A stretch of 46,228 nt of DNA, from positions 1-46,228 of the IMG/VR virus record IMGVR_UViG_3300043446_003463, one strand, 5' to 3'. Numbering within the stretch: the first letter of the stretch is position 1; the number at the start of each line of letters is the position of its first letter. The notes below the pieces were generated by a model. The model did not search any database and had not been told where the DNA came from. It saw nothing but the letters and a program-made list of their open reading frames with translations. This stretch comes from a virus. Taxonomy: Duplodnaviria > Caudoviricetes. The translations under genes and the position numbers were made by a program. Positions 38,227 to 46,228 of the stretch are shown in pieces.

Positions 38227-39072
38227 TTAGTCCTCGATGGGATGCCCGTCTCGCGAGAACTTCGACATCACCTTATCATAAAATCGCCCAAGTGCGCCAT
38301 GGGCGCGTCGATACCCCGATGCGGCAAATAGTCTTTGCGACTCATAAAATGCTCGTTCTTCAGCCGTCACCCCACGTACAACCGTATTCCACTTATATGC
38401 CAACGGAATTGGAATTATTCGCATCAACGGAGTACCTGCTTTAATCAACGTTTCTCCGCGTAGCACATGCCAATACACGATGGGATTAATCTGCTGAGAA
38501 ATTCGCGGGTTAATGACGCCTACCGCGGCCGTAAATCGATGCTCTTTAATATACTCTAATGGAAGGGTGAGAAGACCCCACCCCGGTGTCAGTCGAAACA
38601 CCCACGGAAGATGGATTTTAATAACAGACTTCAGCGTATTTGGTGGAAGTGCCGTAGAGGGAAGACTCCCATACACCGAGGGGGGAAAAACTCCAACAGG
38701 TCGAGTGGCCGCACCGCTCGGAAGCGCCGGAAACACTTTGTCAGGTAATGCGGTGCGAGACTTAAAGGATGAGCCATCCCCATTGGTTTCAATCACAATA
38801 TCACACCACGATGACACAATCCAGCCACGTTGATGCAATCCCACAATCCCAGAACACTTTGACGTGACACCTCCCTGTCGATTACTCGAATAATCTCGTA
38901 ATCTAGATTCTCCTTCACGATCGGATTCCGCCATCCACGGAAGCGTAAGTTCCGTTGATGGATAGATGGGATGTATACTCTCTAAATGTGGTAGGAGCGA
39001 AATAAACGTGGCCTCGGGCACGTCCGACACGGACTTCTTAAAAGGCCACCATGACATTGGGCACGTTTGCAT
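38227..39072 (-). CDS. Hypothetical protein, dUTPase-like beta-clip family often found near fibre genes
   Basis: KCSGI...GWIV..WCD, KIHLPW...TPGWGLL, GVI, LIKAGTPLMRIIP. Confidence 0.6.
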   Translation of the reverse strand: MQTCPMSWWPFKKSVSDVPEATFISLLPHLESIHPIYPSTELTLPWMAESDREGESRLRDYSSNRQGGVTSKCSGIVGLHQRGWIVSSWCDIVIETNGDGSSFKSRTALPDKVFPALPSGAATRPVGVFPPSVYGSLPSTALPPNTLKSVIKIHLPWVFRLTPGWGLLTLPLEYIKEHRFTAAVGVINPRISQQINPIVYWHVLRGETLIKAGTPLMRIIPIPLAYKWNTVVRGVTAEERAFYESQRLFAASGYRRAHGALGRFYDKVMSKFSRDGHPIED

Positions 39073-39094
39073 TCTCTACTCCTATCAACAATTC

Positions 39095-39622
39095 TTATTT
39101 TACGCCCGTCGAACCAAACCCACCCGTGCGTTCCGTGGTAAACCATTCCGCATCAGAAGTTACTACTTCCGTGAATAACGACACGCGGTTGCCAGGCGAC
39201 GAGACAAATTCACCCTGACAGATACGCATTCCGTGGTCAATCTCTGCGGAGCAGCGGGACATATTCATGAACAGCACACAGACCTCATGACGATAATCCT
39301 CGTCAATAATACCAACACCGTTCACCAAGAGCAGCCCCTGCTTGAGTGACAGGCCCGAGCGACTATACAAGCGTAACGACTGCCCTTCAGGACACTCGAC
39401 CGCCCAACCCGTTGGAATGAGATAGCGTTCGCCAGGATAGATAATAATCTTAGGCTCCGTCAACACTTTCTCGACCGTTTCATTCTTGGTGCTGTAGGCG
39501 CGCACCTTTGTGCCAATCGGAAGACATGCCGAGACATCAAAACAGGCCGATTGTGGGGTCGCATAAGTCGGAAGTTTGGCGTCGGGAGACAGAATGCGAA
39601 AACGCACATGCAACGGGCTCAT
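39095..39622 (-). CDS. dut: dUTPase (trimeric)
   Basis: SACFDV, IPTG, RSGLS, GIIDEDYR, RICQGE, RTGGFGSTG. Confidence 0.95.
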   Translation of the reverse strand: MSPLHVRFRILSPDAKLPTYATPQSACFDVSACLPIGTKVRAYSTKNETVEKVLTEPKIIIYPGERYLIPTGWAVECPEGQSLRLYSRSGLSLKQGLLLVNGVGIIDEDYRHEVCVLFMNMSRCSAEIDHGMRICQGEFVSSPGNRVSLFTEVVTSDAEWFTTERTGGFGSTGVK

Positions 39623-39624
39623 AC

Positions 39625-39909
39625 TTAAAACTCCACTCGGTTACGACAATAGGACACATGCTCACGAACTTTGGAGGTAATTTTTTCTCCACGCTCCACA
39701 TACGGAATCATTTCTTTCCAAAACCGCTGGCGCTCTCGCACAATCGGTAGAGAAGACTCCATATACACCGGCACGTCGGCGGCCGGACGTGTCGAAATCT
39801 CCTTCATGTAATAGCGTTCCGCATCCTCGAAGTGTGTAATGATACCGTGAATATCCGTCACAGTCAAACCATTCCAATCAATTACGGGACGTGCTTTTCG
39901 TTTTGCCAT
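39625..39909 (-). CDS. Hypothetical protein
   Basis: 94-aa ORF ending 2 nt before dut. Confidence 0.6.
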   Translation of the reverse strand: MAKRKARPVIDWNGLTVTDIHGIITHFEDAERYYMKEISTRPAADVPVYMESSLPIVRERQRFWKEMIPYVERGEKITSKVREHVSYCRNRVEF

Positions 39910-39950
39910 AATATACTGTATTCACCGTCAACAAATTAACTAAACAAGTA

Positions 39951-40118
39951 TTACGTGGTAAACAAGACCCAGCCACCAACCGCACATGCGGTTATCAGCG
40001 CGAGCATCACCAATGTGATACCCACTCGCTTAATACGACGACGAAAGCGATACCAAAAAATTTGTCGGAGAAATTGGCGTTCGTCACATGCTGATGGTGT
40101 GTAATTTGGATAGTGCAT
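39951..40118 (-). CDS. Small membrane protein (55 aa, not in ORF track)
   Basis: MHYPNY...RFRRRIKRVGITLVMLALITACAVGGWVLFTT; GGAGG SD. Confidence 0.55.
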   Translation of the reverse strand: MHYPNYTPSACDERQFLRQIFWYRFRRRIKRVGITLVMLALITACAVGGWVLFTT

Positions 40119-40146
40119 CGGCGGCCTCCACGCCTATGTAGGCGAT

Positions 40147-40359
40147 TTACTCGATTGAAAATACGTCAGTCCAATCGCCATGACGAATATTTTGCACCAT
40201 CCATCGGACAATCCAAAACAATAGCCAAAAGGCTACGAATGTCTTTACGGTATATGCCACAGGAGTCGAGGGGCTTAACACCTGAATCGACCAGAACGTC
40301 GCATAGGGAAGCCCAAGAAACCAGACAAGTCGTCGGAGTACATCAAACGCGAATTTCAT
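40147..40359 (-). CDS. Small membrane protein
   Basis: Two hydrophobic segments; start overlaps the upstream stop. Confidence 0.6.
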   Translation of the reverse strand: MKFAFDVLRRLVWFLGLPYATFWSIQVLSPSTPVAYTVKTFVAFWLLFWIVRWMVQNIRHGDWTDVFSIE

Positions 40360-40589
40360 TATGCTTCGTCGTCAATCACTTCGTTTTCTACCGAGGCCAA
40401 AAGCGCCGACCATTCTTCTTCGGACATCGATTCCATGGCCGTTTCCTGCCACTTCTCTTCTTCCGTGAGCGGTCGAGCATACTTTCCGCGAATCCATCCA
40501 TACATACGCAGACCCGCCGTCAGGGCGAGATACATCACCCCCGTGATCACGCCCGCCACCATCACCAATGCTGTCGCTGTTGCTACCAT
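40359..40589 (-). CDS. Small membrane-anchored protein
   Basis: MVATATALVMVAGVITGVMYLAL then acidic tail; GGAGGAG upstream. Confidence 0.55.
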   Translation of the reverse strand: MVATATALVMVAGVITGVMYLALTAGLRMYGWIRGKYARPLTEEEKWQETAMESMSEEEWSALLASVENEVIDDEA

Positions 40590-40591
40590 AC

Positions 40592-40990
40592 TTATACCAT
40601 CTCCTCCATAATATCCGTATCTTCTCGTCGTAGTGTCTGATTCGTGCGCTCCCGCCATGCTAGGTCGGGTCGCACAGTTCGCGCCGCATCTTCACGCACT
40701 ACACTGAGCGAACCGTCATCCTCGGGGGTGACAGGATCGTCCTGTGCCGTATCGTAGGTACTCAAGTCGCGCACAAAGTTTGGAAGGTATTCATTAGCGG
40801 GGGTTCCTACGGGAAGCGTATATCCGTCAATCGCAATCACGGGCGCATACATCAAGGCTCCCTGCGCCGTCTTTGTGGGGCAGCGAGTAATACGACCGCC
40901 GCGAGCAAGAAACATCTCGACGGTCTCCTTTACAATCGGGGCGTCTACAGCAGATGCTGAGTCGCGACGGGTGGTCGTGTGTCTCATCAT
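40592..40990 (-). CDS. Hypothetical protein
   Basis: VEMFLARGGRITRCP motif common in small phage proteins; TGtTATAAT 6 nt before the ATG. Confidence 0.65.
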   Translation of the reverse strand: MMRHTTTRRDSASAVDAPIVKETVEMFLARGGRITRCPTKTAQGALMYAPVIAIDGYTLPVGTPANEYLPNFVRDLSTYDTAQDDPVTPEDDGSLSVVREDAARTVRPDLAWRERTNQTLRREDTDIMEEMV

Positions 40991-41042
40991 GGACTAATTA
41001 TAACACACGACCACCCGACACAGGTCGGATTTTTACAGGCAG

Positions 41043-41135
41043 TTAGCGCGATTCTTCGGTCTTACCCCGCCCGCCAACCTTGAGGGTGACGTTCGTTGGC
41101 TTTTGTGGCTCTGGGGTGGGATTCTCTTCAGGCAT
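41043..41135 (-). CDS. 30-aa microprotein
   Basis: MPEENPTPEPQKPTNVTLKVGGRGKTEESR; AAGGAG SD. Confidence 0.45.
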   Translation of the reverse strand: MPEENPTPEPQKPTNVTLKVGGRGKTEESR

Positions 41136-41147
41136 AACGGACTCCTT

Positions 41148-41297
41148 TTACTTGGACGCAGACGACAACATTGAGGTCAGCCATAGCCACACACGCTTCA
41201 CTTGACCAGTGGCAACGGCACTCGCCGCAGACCATGACCCCGACTTAGTAACGAATTTTCCTACAAAATACCCGAGAATGAAACTAAGAATTTTCAT
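41148..41297 (-). CDS. 49-aa late hydrophobic microprotein
   Basis: MKILSFILGYFVGKFVTK...; AAGGAG SD; CTAAATA at 41314-41320. Confidence 0.55.
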   Translation of the reverse strand: MKILSFILGYFVGKFVTKSGSWSAASAVATGQVKRVWLWLTSMLSSASK

Positions 41298-41332
41298 AGG
41301 ATCTCCTTACGGGTATTTAGGCATCGGGAGTG

Positions 41333-41503
41333 CTATTGCGATACCGTGGGAGGTTTTGACGCAATCGCATCCCACGCAAACCCCACATTCGCTAACGCAT
41401 AGCACAGAAACGCCACCGCCATGCCCCATCGACGTTCTCGTACAAATCCATATGCGACCCATGCATAAATGCCGCTAGTCGCGAGAAGTAATCCACTTGC
41501 CAT
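41333..41503 (-). CDS. 56-aa two-TM membrane protein (not in ORF track)
   Basis: MASGLLLATSGIYAWVAYGFVRERRWGMAVAFLCYALANVGFAW...; AGGTGA SD. Confidence 0.6.
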   Translation of the reverse strand: MASGLLLATSGIYAWVAYGFVRERRWGMAVAFLCYALANVGFAWDAIASKPPTVSQ

Positions 41504-41510
41504 ATATCAC

Positions 41511-41759
41511 CTATGAAATAGAATCCGACGTGGGCAAAGCATACCACCGTCGCAATTGGTCCACTTCCTCTTTTGTCTGCGTCAAATGCGCCGCCATAAA
41601 CAACGGCACATAATACGACCATGTAGTCAGGCGCAGTTCCTGTCGATCATCCGCCGACAATGCCGGCAACGTTTCGATGACTGACATCAACTGCTGTAAG
41701 CTCTCCAACACGGCAACCGTATCAGTACTCGGTACAAGGGCGTCAAGAGGATGCATCAT
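41511..41759 (-). CDS. Hypothetical protein
   Basis: MMHPLDALVP...; TATACT 6 nt upstream. Confidence 0.55.
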   Translation of the reverse strand: MMHPLDALVPSTDTVAVLESLQQLMSVIETLPALSADDRQELRLTTWSYYVPLFMAAHLTQTKEEVDQLRRWYALPTSDSIS

Positions 41760-41790
41760 GTCATTAGTATACTCGATACGACGCGCACGG

Positions 41791-42552
41791 TCAAGCCGCA
41801 CGAGTCTGCGATTCGGTCGCCAATCGCGCAATCAAATATTCTTTGACGAGCGGCGACCGCACGATATCATCGATACCAAATTCAATCTGCGCGACGAATT
41901 TTTTTGGCATTCGATTCAATGTCTCCATGAACGGTCGCAGTCCACTGCCACTTTTTGCTCCACCGGCGGCTTTCATGACATCAGTCTGACGAAAATCGCC
42001 GCACCAGATAACACGACTCTTCGCGCCAAACCGCGTCATGATGGAATGCAGTTCCATGTCGGTCATGTTCTGACATTCATCCACGACGACCACCGCATTG
42101 TCGAGGGTGACGCCCCGAATAAACGACGTAGACCAGAACTCGACGGTGTTCTGATCCAGTAATTTTTTAAAGCCGTCGGGATGCTGCACCAATCGCGCAC
42201 ACATATCCCCATAGGGAAGTTGATACGCCGCCATTTTCTCCTCTTCCGCACCGGGTAAAAACCCGATGTCCCGAGTCGGCACGGCCGACCGCATCAACAC
42301 GACCCGACGTTTGGGCACCATCAAGGCCTCTTGTAAGGCTTTGAACATCGCAATGAAGGTTTTTCCGGTCCCCGCCATGCCGTGTAACATAATACACGGC
42401 ACCCCCGCATCAAACGCGGTACAGAACGTGCGCTGTGCGTCGGTAAGGGGTTGAATGGGCGCAAGATGTGACGAGTGAACGGCACCTTTGTAGGGAGTAG
42501 GAGGAACGGCATCCGATGAATGCTCTGCGGCTTTCTTGGTCTTTTTGGACAT
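41791..42552 (-). CDS. phoH: PhoH-family ATPase
   Basis: GMAGTGKT, RSAVPTRDIGFLPG, FIRGVTL, VDECQN, GDFRQTD, DIVRS.LVKEY. Confidence 0.95.
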   Translation of the reverse strand: MSKKTKKAAEHSSDAVPPTPYKGAVHSSHLAPIQPLTDAQRTFCTAFDAGVPCIMLHGMAGTGKTFIAMFKALQEALMVPKRRVVLMRSAVPTRDIGFLPGAEEEKMAAYQLPYGDMCARLVQHPDGFKKLLDQNTVEFWSTSFIRGVTLDNAVVVVDECQNMTDMELHSIMTRFGAKSRVIWCGDFRQTDVMKAAGGAKSGSGLRPFMETLNRMPKKFVAQIEFGIDDIVRSPLVKEYLIARLATESQTRAA

Positions 42553-42643
42553 GAACAGCCTTTCGCGCTAAATTATACACCATCACGGTGGGTTCATGCT
42601 CTTACTCATATTTATTCGGCGCCGACCAGACGGGAGAATTTTC

Positions 42644-42739
42644 TTACGACGGTCGCGGTGTCACACACGCGCAGGTGCGGGCTTTCAGATCCATATACGT
42701 CTGACAATCTTCACAATAGGGGCGAAGGATGATGGGCAT
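42644..42739 (-). CDS. Possible 31-aa Cys-motif microprotein
   Basis: MPIILRPYCEDCQTYMDLKARTCACVTPRPS; CxxC...CxC. Confidence 0.3.
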   Translation of the reverse strand: MPIILRPYCEDCQTYMDLKARTCACVTPRPS

Positions 42740-42761
42740 AAACGTCTCTCTCTGAATACGA

Positions 42762-43589
42762 TTAGGCGCCGACGTTCCAAATCAGCGCGGGGGTGGTGGG
42801 ATGATCACGACGCCAGTCACGAAAGAACGGCCAGAGTTTGGCGTCATACTCGGCCGCGGACGGATACGGGGGTGCCTCCGAAGTCTTGATGCGATTTCGA
42901 AATGCATAGGGGGACTGATACAGCAGGGCCCGACCGGCTTGCTCAGGGGTCGGTTGGTGCCCGACGATGACACCGTGGACGGTCGCCTGAGGAAACGTGG
43001 TCTGTAAGGCCCGACTCAATGTGCCGGAACTGATGACCGACCAGATATGCAGGTCGTCGGTAGCGGGAAGATGTAGCGCGGTCATCACCTGTACCAGACT
43101 CGCCAACGCCTCGGGAGTGTTCCCGCCCATCGGTAGCAATGCGCGTGTCTCAGAAGACTCAGCCACATAATCCCGTGCGCGTTTCTCTGTGACTGATAAC
43201 ATGCCGTTGGGCACCCATCGATAGTCGCCTCCCGCCAGCAGTCCGGCGTGTTGCAACGGATGTCGCGTGGAGGTGTCGCGATCCGCCATGAACAGCACGG
43301 CCTGTTTGCCATAGTGACGACAAACCAGCGAGAGCGCCACTTGCGCATAGCCGTGTGCGGGTGAACTGCCATAGACCCATTCGGTAATGGACGTATAGCG
43401 CGGATGATGCCCAATCAGATAGTCGAGCGCCCGACGTTTGGTGCCGCCAGGGAGCAGGTCATCCCGCACGACGAGCGTATGCGCATCGTCATCGAGGGGT
43501 TCGATCACGGGGGCGGGGTTGGGATCTTGCCAGCCTGACAACGACGGGAGAACGGATGTGGGGCGTGTGAGCGCGGGAAAGAGTTCCAT
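42762..43589 (-). CDS. PLP-dependent enzyme, fold type II (cysteine desulfhydrase/ACC deaminase-like phage family)
   Basis: VVRDDLLPGGTKRR (PLP lysine), GYAQVAL, SSGTLSRAL phosphate loop, YDAKLW, LIWNVG. Confidence 0.8.
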   Translation of the reverse strand: MELFPALTRPTSVLPSLSGWQDPNPAPVIEPLDDDAHTLVVRDDLLPGGTKRRALDYLIGHHPRYTSITEWVYGSSPAHGYAQVALSLVCRHYGKQAVLFMADRDTSTRHPLQHAGLLAGGDYRWVPNGMLSVTEKRARDYVAESSETRALLPMGGNTPEALASLVQVMTALHLPATDDLHIWSVISSGTLSRALQTTFPQATVHGVIVGHQPTPEQAGRALLYQSPYAFRNRIKTSEAPPYPSAAEYDAKLWPFFRDWRRDHPTTPALIWNVGA

Positions 43590-43613
43590 GTAGACTAGTA
43601 TAGCACATTGGTC

Positions 43614-44246
43614 TCACCGAATGGACGCATTATAGCGATCCATCTGCGCACGGAGTTCATCGAACCAGCGCGGCGTCATCTCAACCGCATTTACGAAATG
43701 CAGCCGATGCGCCCGATCTCGCTGCGCCTCGGTCGCGGGTTGTTCACCGGTCCGCACCTGTCGCGTGAACTCGCGCAACAGGCGCTGCCATCCGGAATAC
43801 TGCTTCTTTCCGACAAACGCCATGAGTCGATGCACCGGACGCCACGTATCCAGCAGACTCGTCGGTCGAGGTTCGTCGCCCCAGCCATGCATGATAAAAG
43901 CCGTGCCTGACGTATAAAACTTCTGATCGATGCTATCCGTTTCTTTGCCTTGTCCCGATTTCACTTCGACATGTAGCCGCAACGACGGAACATAGCCATC
44001 CGAGATACAGCGCGTGAAGCCTTTCGCGATATTGCAAATTTCCTCGGACAACAGCACCGTGCGGGAAGGAATGTCGGTCAAATAGGTGACGTTCGCGGCG
44101 CGCATGAGATCTTCGATGAGGTCTTCTCCAGATTTGCCAGATTCTTCGCCCGCCAGTAATGCGGCCCGACTCATCTGATACTGGTCCTCTAGTGGACTGG
44201 TGCTCATTGGAAACAAATATGGGAGGTTCTGTGTGTTAGTGGGCAT
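43614..44246 (-). CDS. Putative PD-(D/E)xK endonuclease
   Basis: SG...EDLI helix, ISDGY...HVEVKS, SIDQK; start uncertain (44246 or 44207). Confidence 0.6.
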   Translation of the reverse strand: MPTNTQNLPYLFPMSTSPLEDQYQMSRAALLAGEESGKSGEDLIEDLMRAANVTYLTDIPSRTVLLSEEICNIAKGFTRCISDGYVPSLRLHVEVKSGQGKETDSIDQKFYTSGTAFIMHGWGDEPRPTSLLDTWRPVHRLMAFVGKKQYSGWQRLLREFTRQVRTGEQPATEAQRDRAHRLHFVNAVEMTPRWFDELRAQMDRYNASIR

Positions 44247-44256
44247 GACGGTAATC

Positions 44257-45681
44257 TCACAGCGTTTCTGTCTGGACTTCGACGGCACCACCTGATTTTT
44301 CAATCAGATTTCCGGCCGCATACTGCAATTCCTGCCGGTGCTTATCCAGCACCGTAGAGACCTTACATTTCGTGCCCGACTGACCTGCGTTTTCCCAATC
44401 AAACTGGTTCAGTCGTGTTGTCGCAATAAACACGGACTTCCAATTCTCTTCCACGGCGACTAACACAAACATTCCTTCACGCACTCCATGACCGCCTGAC
44501 CACTGTGTACTGCCAGCATTATACGTAGCAAACTTGACTTCCGCCTTATCCCACTCCAGCCCGTCCTTTCCGCTGAACTCAAAACTGAGATCAAAGTCGC
44601 ACGCCGTATTCGTCTTAGGCGTCTTGACGCTAAATCCATCATTCCGCAGTACCTCCGCTAAAATAACATTGAAGGCATGCGAATAGACCGGAATCACTCC
44701 CGACTGTTCAAACGAGGGAAACGGAGGAAAGTTGGTGGTCGTGCGGCGTCCCGTAACGGTCAGGGACAGGTTCGACAACGACGCGATATACTCTCGCGTC
44801 AATTCCGCGGCTTTACGCAGCCGCTCCTTCGTGAAAATGACCGACCAATCGCGATTTGGAAACTTATCCGGCACCACGTTGCCGCCGGTGTGCTTTCCTG
44901 TGACCAAGTTATGATAGTATTCAAATCCCTTTTTCTTGCCAATAAGGGACTGCCAATTTCCATTATCATAATCCTTCGGGAACTGGTTCTTCAGAATGTC
45001 TTCGTGTCGAAGAATGGTATCCAACATGACCATATTGGTCCACGACAACGCCATTCCGGTCAATTCTTCGTAGATCCCCTTGACGGACGCCAACTGAGAG
45101 CCGGTCAACTTCGCCAGCGGCCACACGCGGATCGTTGACGTTTCCGACACCTCATGCTCATCGCACCACGCTTCACGATACTGGTTAAACCGCCGAAGTT
45201 TTTGCATTGGCGTTTCCTGTCGCGTAATGTTGGACGCCTGCAACTCCTTCATGCGCTCATACGGCGACAGGGGCTGCTGCTCTTTCCGTTTCGGTGAGGC
45301 CCACACCCACGGTTCAAGTCCGTGCTGTGCGGCAAACATGCGCCAGGCTAACGTTCGGGTATTCCCTGTATCCACCAAGCCGTCCTCATAGACAATCGCC
45401 GGCTGTAACTGTACCGCAAACTGATTCTGCTTGATTGCGAAGGATTCTTCGAACTGGGGCAGTAGATCCCATACGCTCGTCGCCCAGTTTGCCGTGCCGG
45501 CGGTACCGTAGATTTGTTCATTTTCTACGCTGTGATATAAGTCATCCGCATGGTAAAACATTTTGCCATCGACTTCTTTGGTGCGCAGGGGACCAACACA
45601 GGGTTCTTTAGGAAAGGGAATTTCCGGTAGGGAATACTTCTCGTGGATCTTCGTCGGGGTCGCCTGGGTCGTACGTGCCAT
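44257..45681 (-). CDS. ParB/Srx-like N-domain fused to putative PD-(D/E)xK nuclease C-domain
   Basis: FEES.....QLQPAIVYEDGLVDTGNTRTLA...ASNITR; C-terminal DFDL...AEVKF; AAGGAG SD. Confidence 0.55.
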   Translation of the reverse strand: MARTTQATPTKIHEKYSLPEIPFPKEPCVGPLRTKEVDGKMFYHADDLYHSVENEQIYGTAGTANWATSVWDLLPQFEESFAIKQNQFAVQLQPAIVYEDGLVDTGNTRTLAWRMFAAQHGLEPWVWASPKRKEQQPLSPYERMKELQASNITRQETPMQKLRRFNQYREAWCDEHEVSETSTIRVWPLAKLTGSQLASVKGIYEELTGMALSWTNMVMLDTILRHEDILKNQFPKDYDNGNWQSLIGKKKGFEYYHNLVTGKHTGGNVVPDKFPNRDWSVIFTKERLRKAAELTREYIASLSNLSLTVTGRRTTTNFPPFPSFEQSGVIPVYSHAFNVILAEVLRNDGFSVKTPKTNTACDFDLSFEFSGKDGLEWDKAEVKFATYNAGSTQWSGGHGVREGMFVLVAVEENWKSVFIATTRLNQFDWENAGQSGTKCKVSTVLDKHRQELQYAAGNLIEKSGGAVEVQTETL

Positions 45682-45791
45682 AATTATTGCTCCTTGTGTA
45701 TATGTGTATTAGACCTCTTGGGATATCTCACCGGCGATGAATCGCTCGCCTCGATTTAGGATGGTCTAGGTCTCCGCCTCGAATGACTACT

Positions 45792-45820
45792 ATTATAGGG
45801 GATGCGGTACGGTGATGCAA
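45792..45820 (-). promoter_or_regulatory. Near-consensus sigma70 (early) promoter
   Basis: TTGCAT-N17-TATAAT on the minus strand upstream of the 474-aa gene. Confidence 0.75.
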
Positions 45821-45949
45821 GCCCTATTTGACGGCAGGTGGGCACGGTGACACCCCTAGAGAGATTTTGATAGGGGGATTACCGTGGGGTGTGCGAGGCG
45901 TGGGTGGGTTTCGTCTACCCCTCCCCCTCAGACCCATCCACGGATCGCG

Positions 45950-46228
45950 TTAGTGAAGTTGAATGGAGATTTGCGTAAACTGATGATAGGGATCGTGGCC
46001 CTGCGGATTCGGGTCTGTCACCTTGACGATGCGCCCCTGTGCGCGATTCGGCAGCAGGACTTCGTATTCATCTTCATCACGCGCCATTCCAAAAATGGGA
46101 ATCGCCGGATAGCCGCGGGGCACCAGAAATTCCAGAATAGTTGGCACTCTCGCTTCTTCACTATGTTCGACCGCGACCCATGGCTTGAGGGAGGCAGACG
46201 AATATCCCGCGAAGGTTAGTTGGCGACC
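45950..46228 (-). CDS. ADP-ribosyltransferase C-terminus (Alt/VIP2-like, R-S-E clade), 5'-truncated by the window
   Basis: Frame is open to the window end: GRQLTFAGYSSASL (STS-like motif)...ILEFLVPRG...EYEVLLP (ExE). Confidence 0.75.
   Translation of the reverse strand, partial: GRQLTFAGYSSASLKPWVAVEHSEEARVPTILEFLVPRGYPAIPIFGMARDEDEYEVLLPNRAQGRIVKVTDPNPQGHDPYHQFTQISIQLH

Noticed and set aside
1-46228. Stop-codon reassignment
   Set aside because: Core genes are full-length in code 11 and end at TAA, TAG and TGA.

Overview
Fragment of a large T4-like (Tevenvirinae/Kyanoviridae-type) phage genome, about 50% GC by eye, standard genetic code. The minus strand carries the replication block (gp41 helicase, uvsX, gp43 polymerase, regA, gp62/44/45, dNMP kinase), two tandem beta-class DNA methyltransferases, lysozyme, dUTPase, PhoH and many accessory genes. 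A 16.4-kb island (21788-38226) lies entirely on the plus strand and encodes virion fibre-like proteins. Main points: (1) a putative giant 'rope-and-bead' fibre module, made of a 155-aa subunit with its own terminator, a 3111-aa protein of about 130 tandem 20-aa repeats, and a 93-aa adaptor-like protein; (2) a His-rich out-and-back needle protein with a Cys-rich tip; (3) uvsX fractured by a naturally split intein, with an antisense HNH endonuclease between the halves; (4) a roughly 450-nt structured non-coding region bounded by a late promoter and a terminator; (5) small genes with a T4 capsid-targeting-like N-terminus, one resembling T3 SAM lyase; (6) a ParB-like/nuclease + nuclease + PLP-enzyme cluster; (7) repeated leaderless promoter-ATG arrangements. 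All family assignments come from motif recognition by eye; no database search was run.
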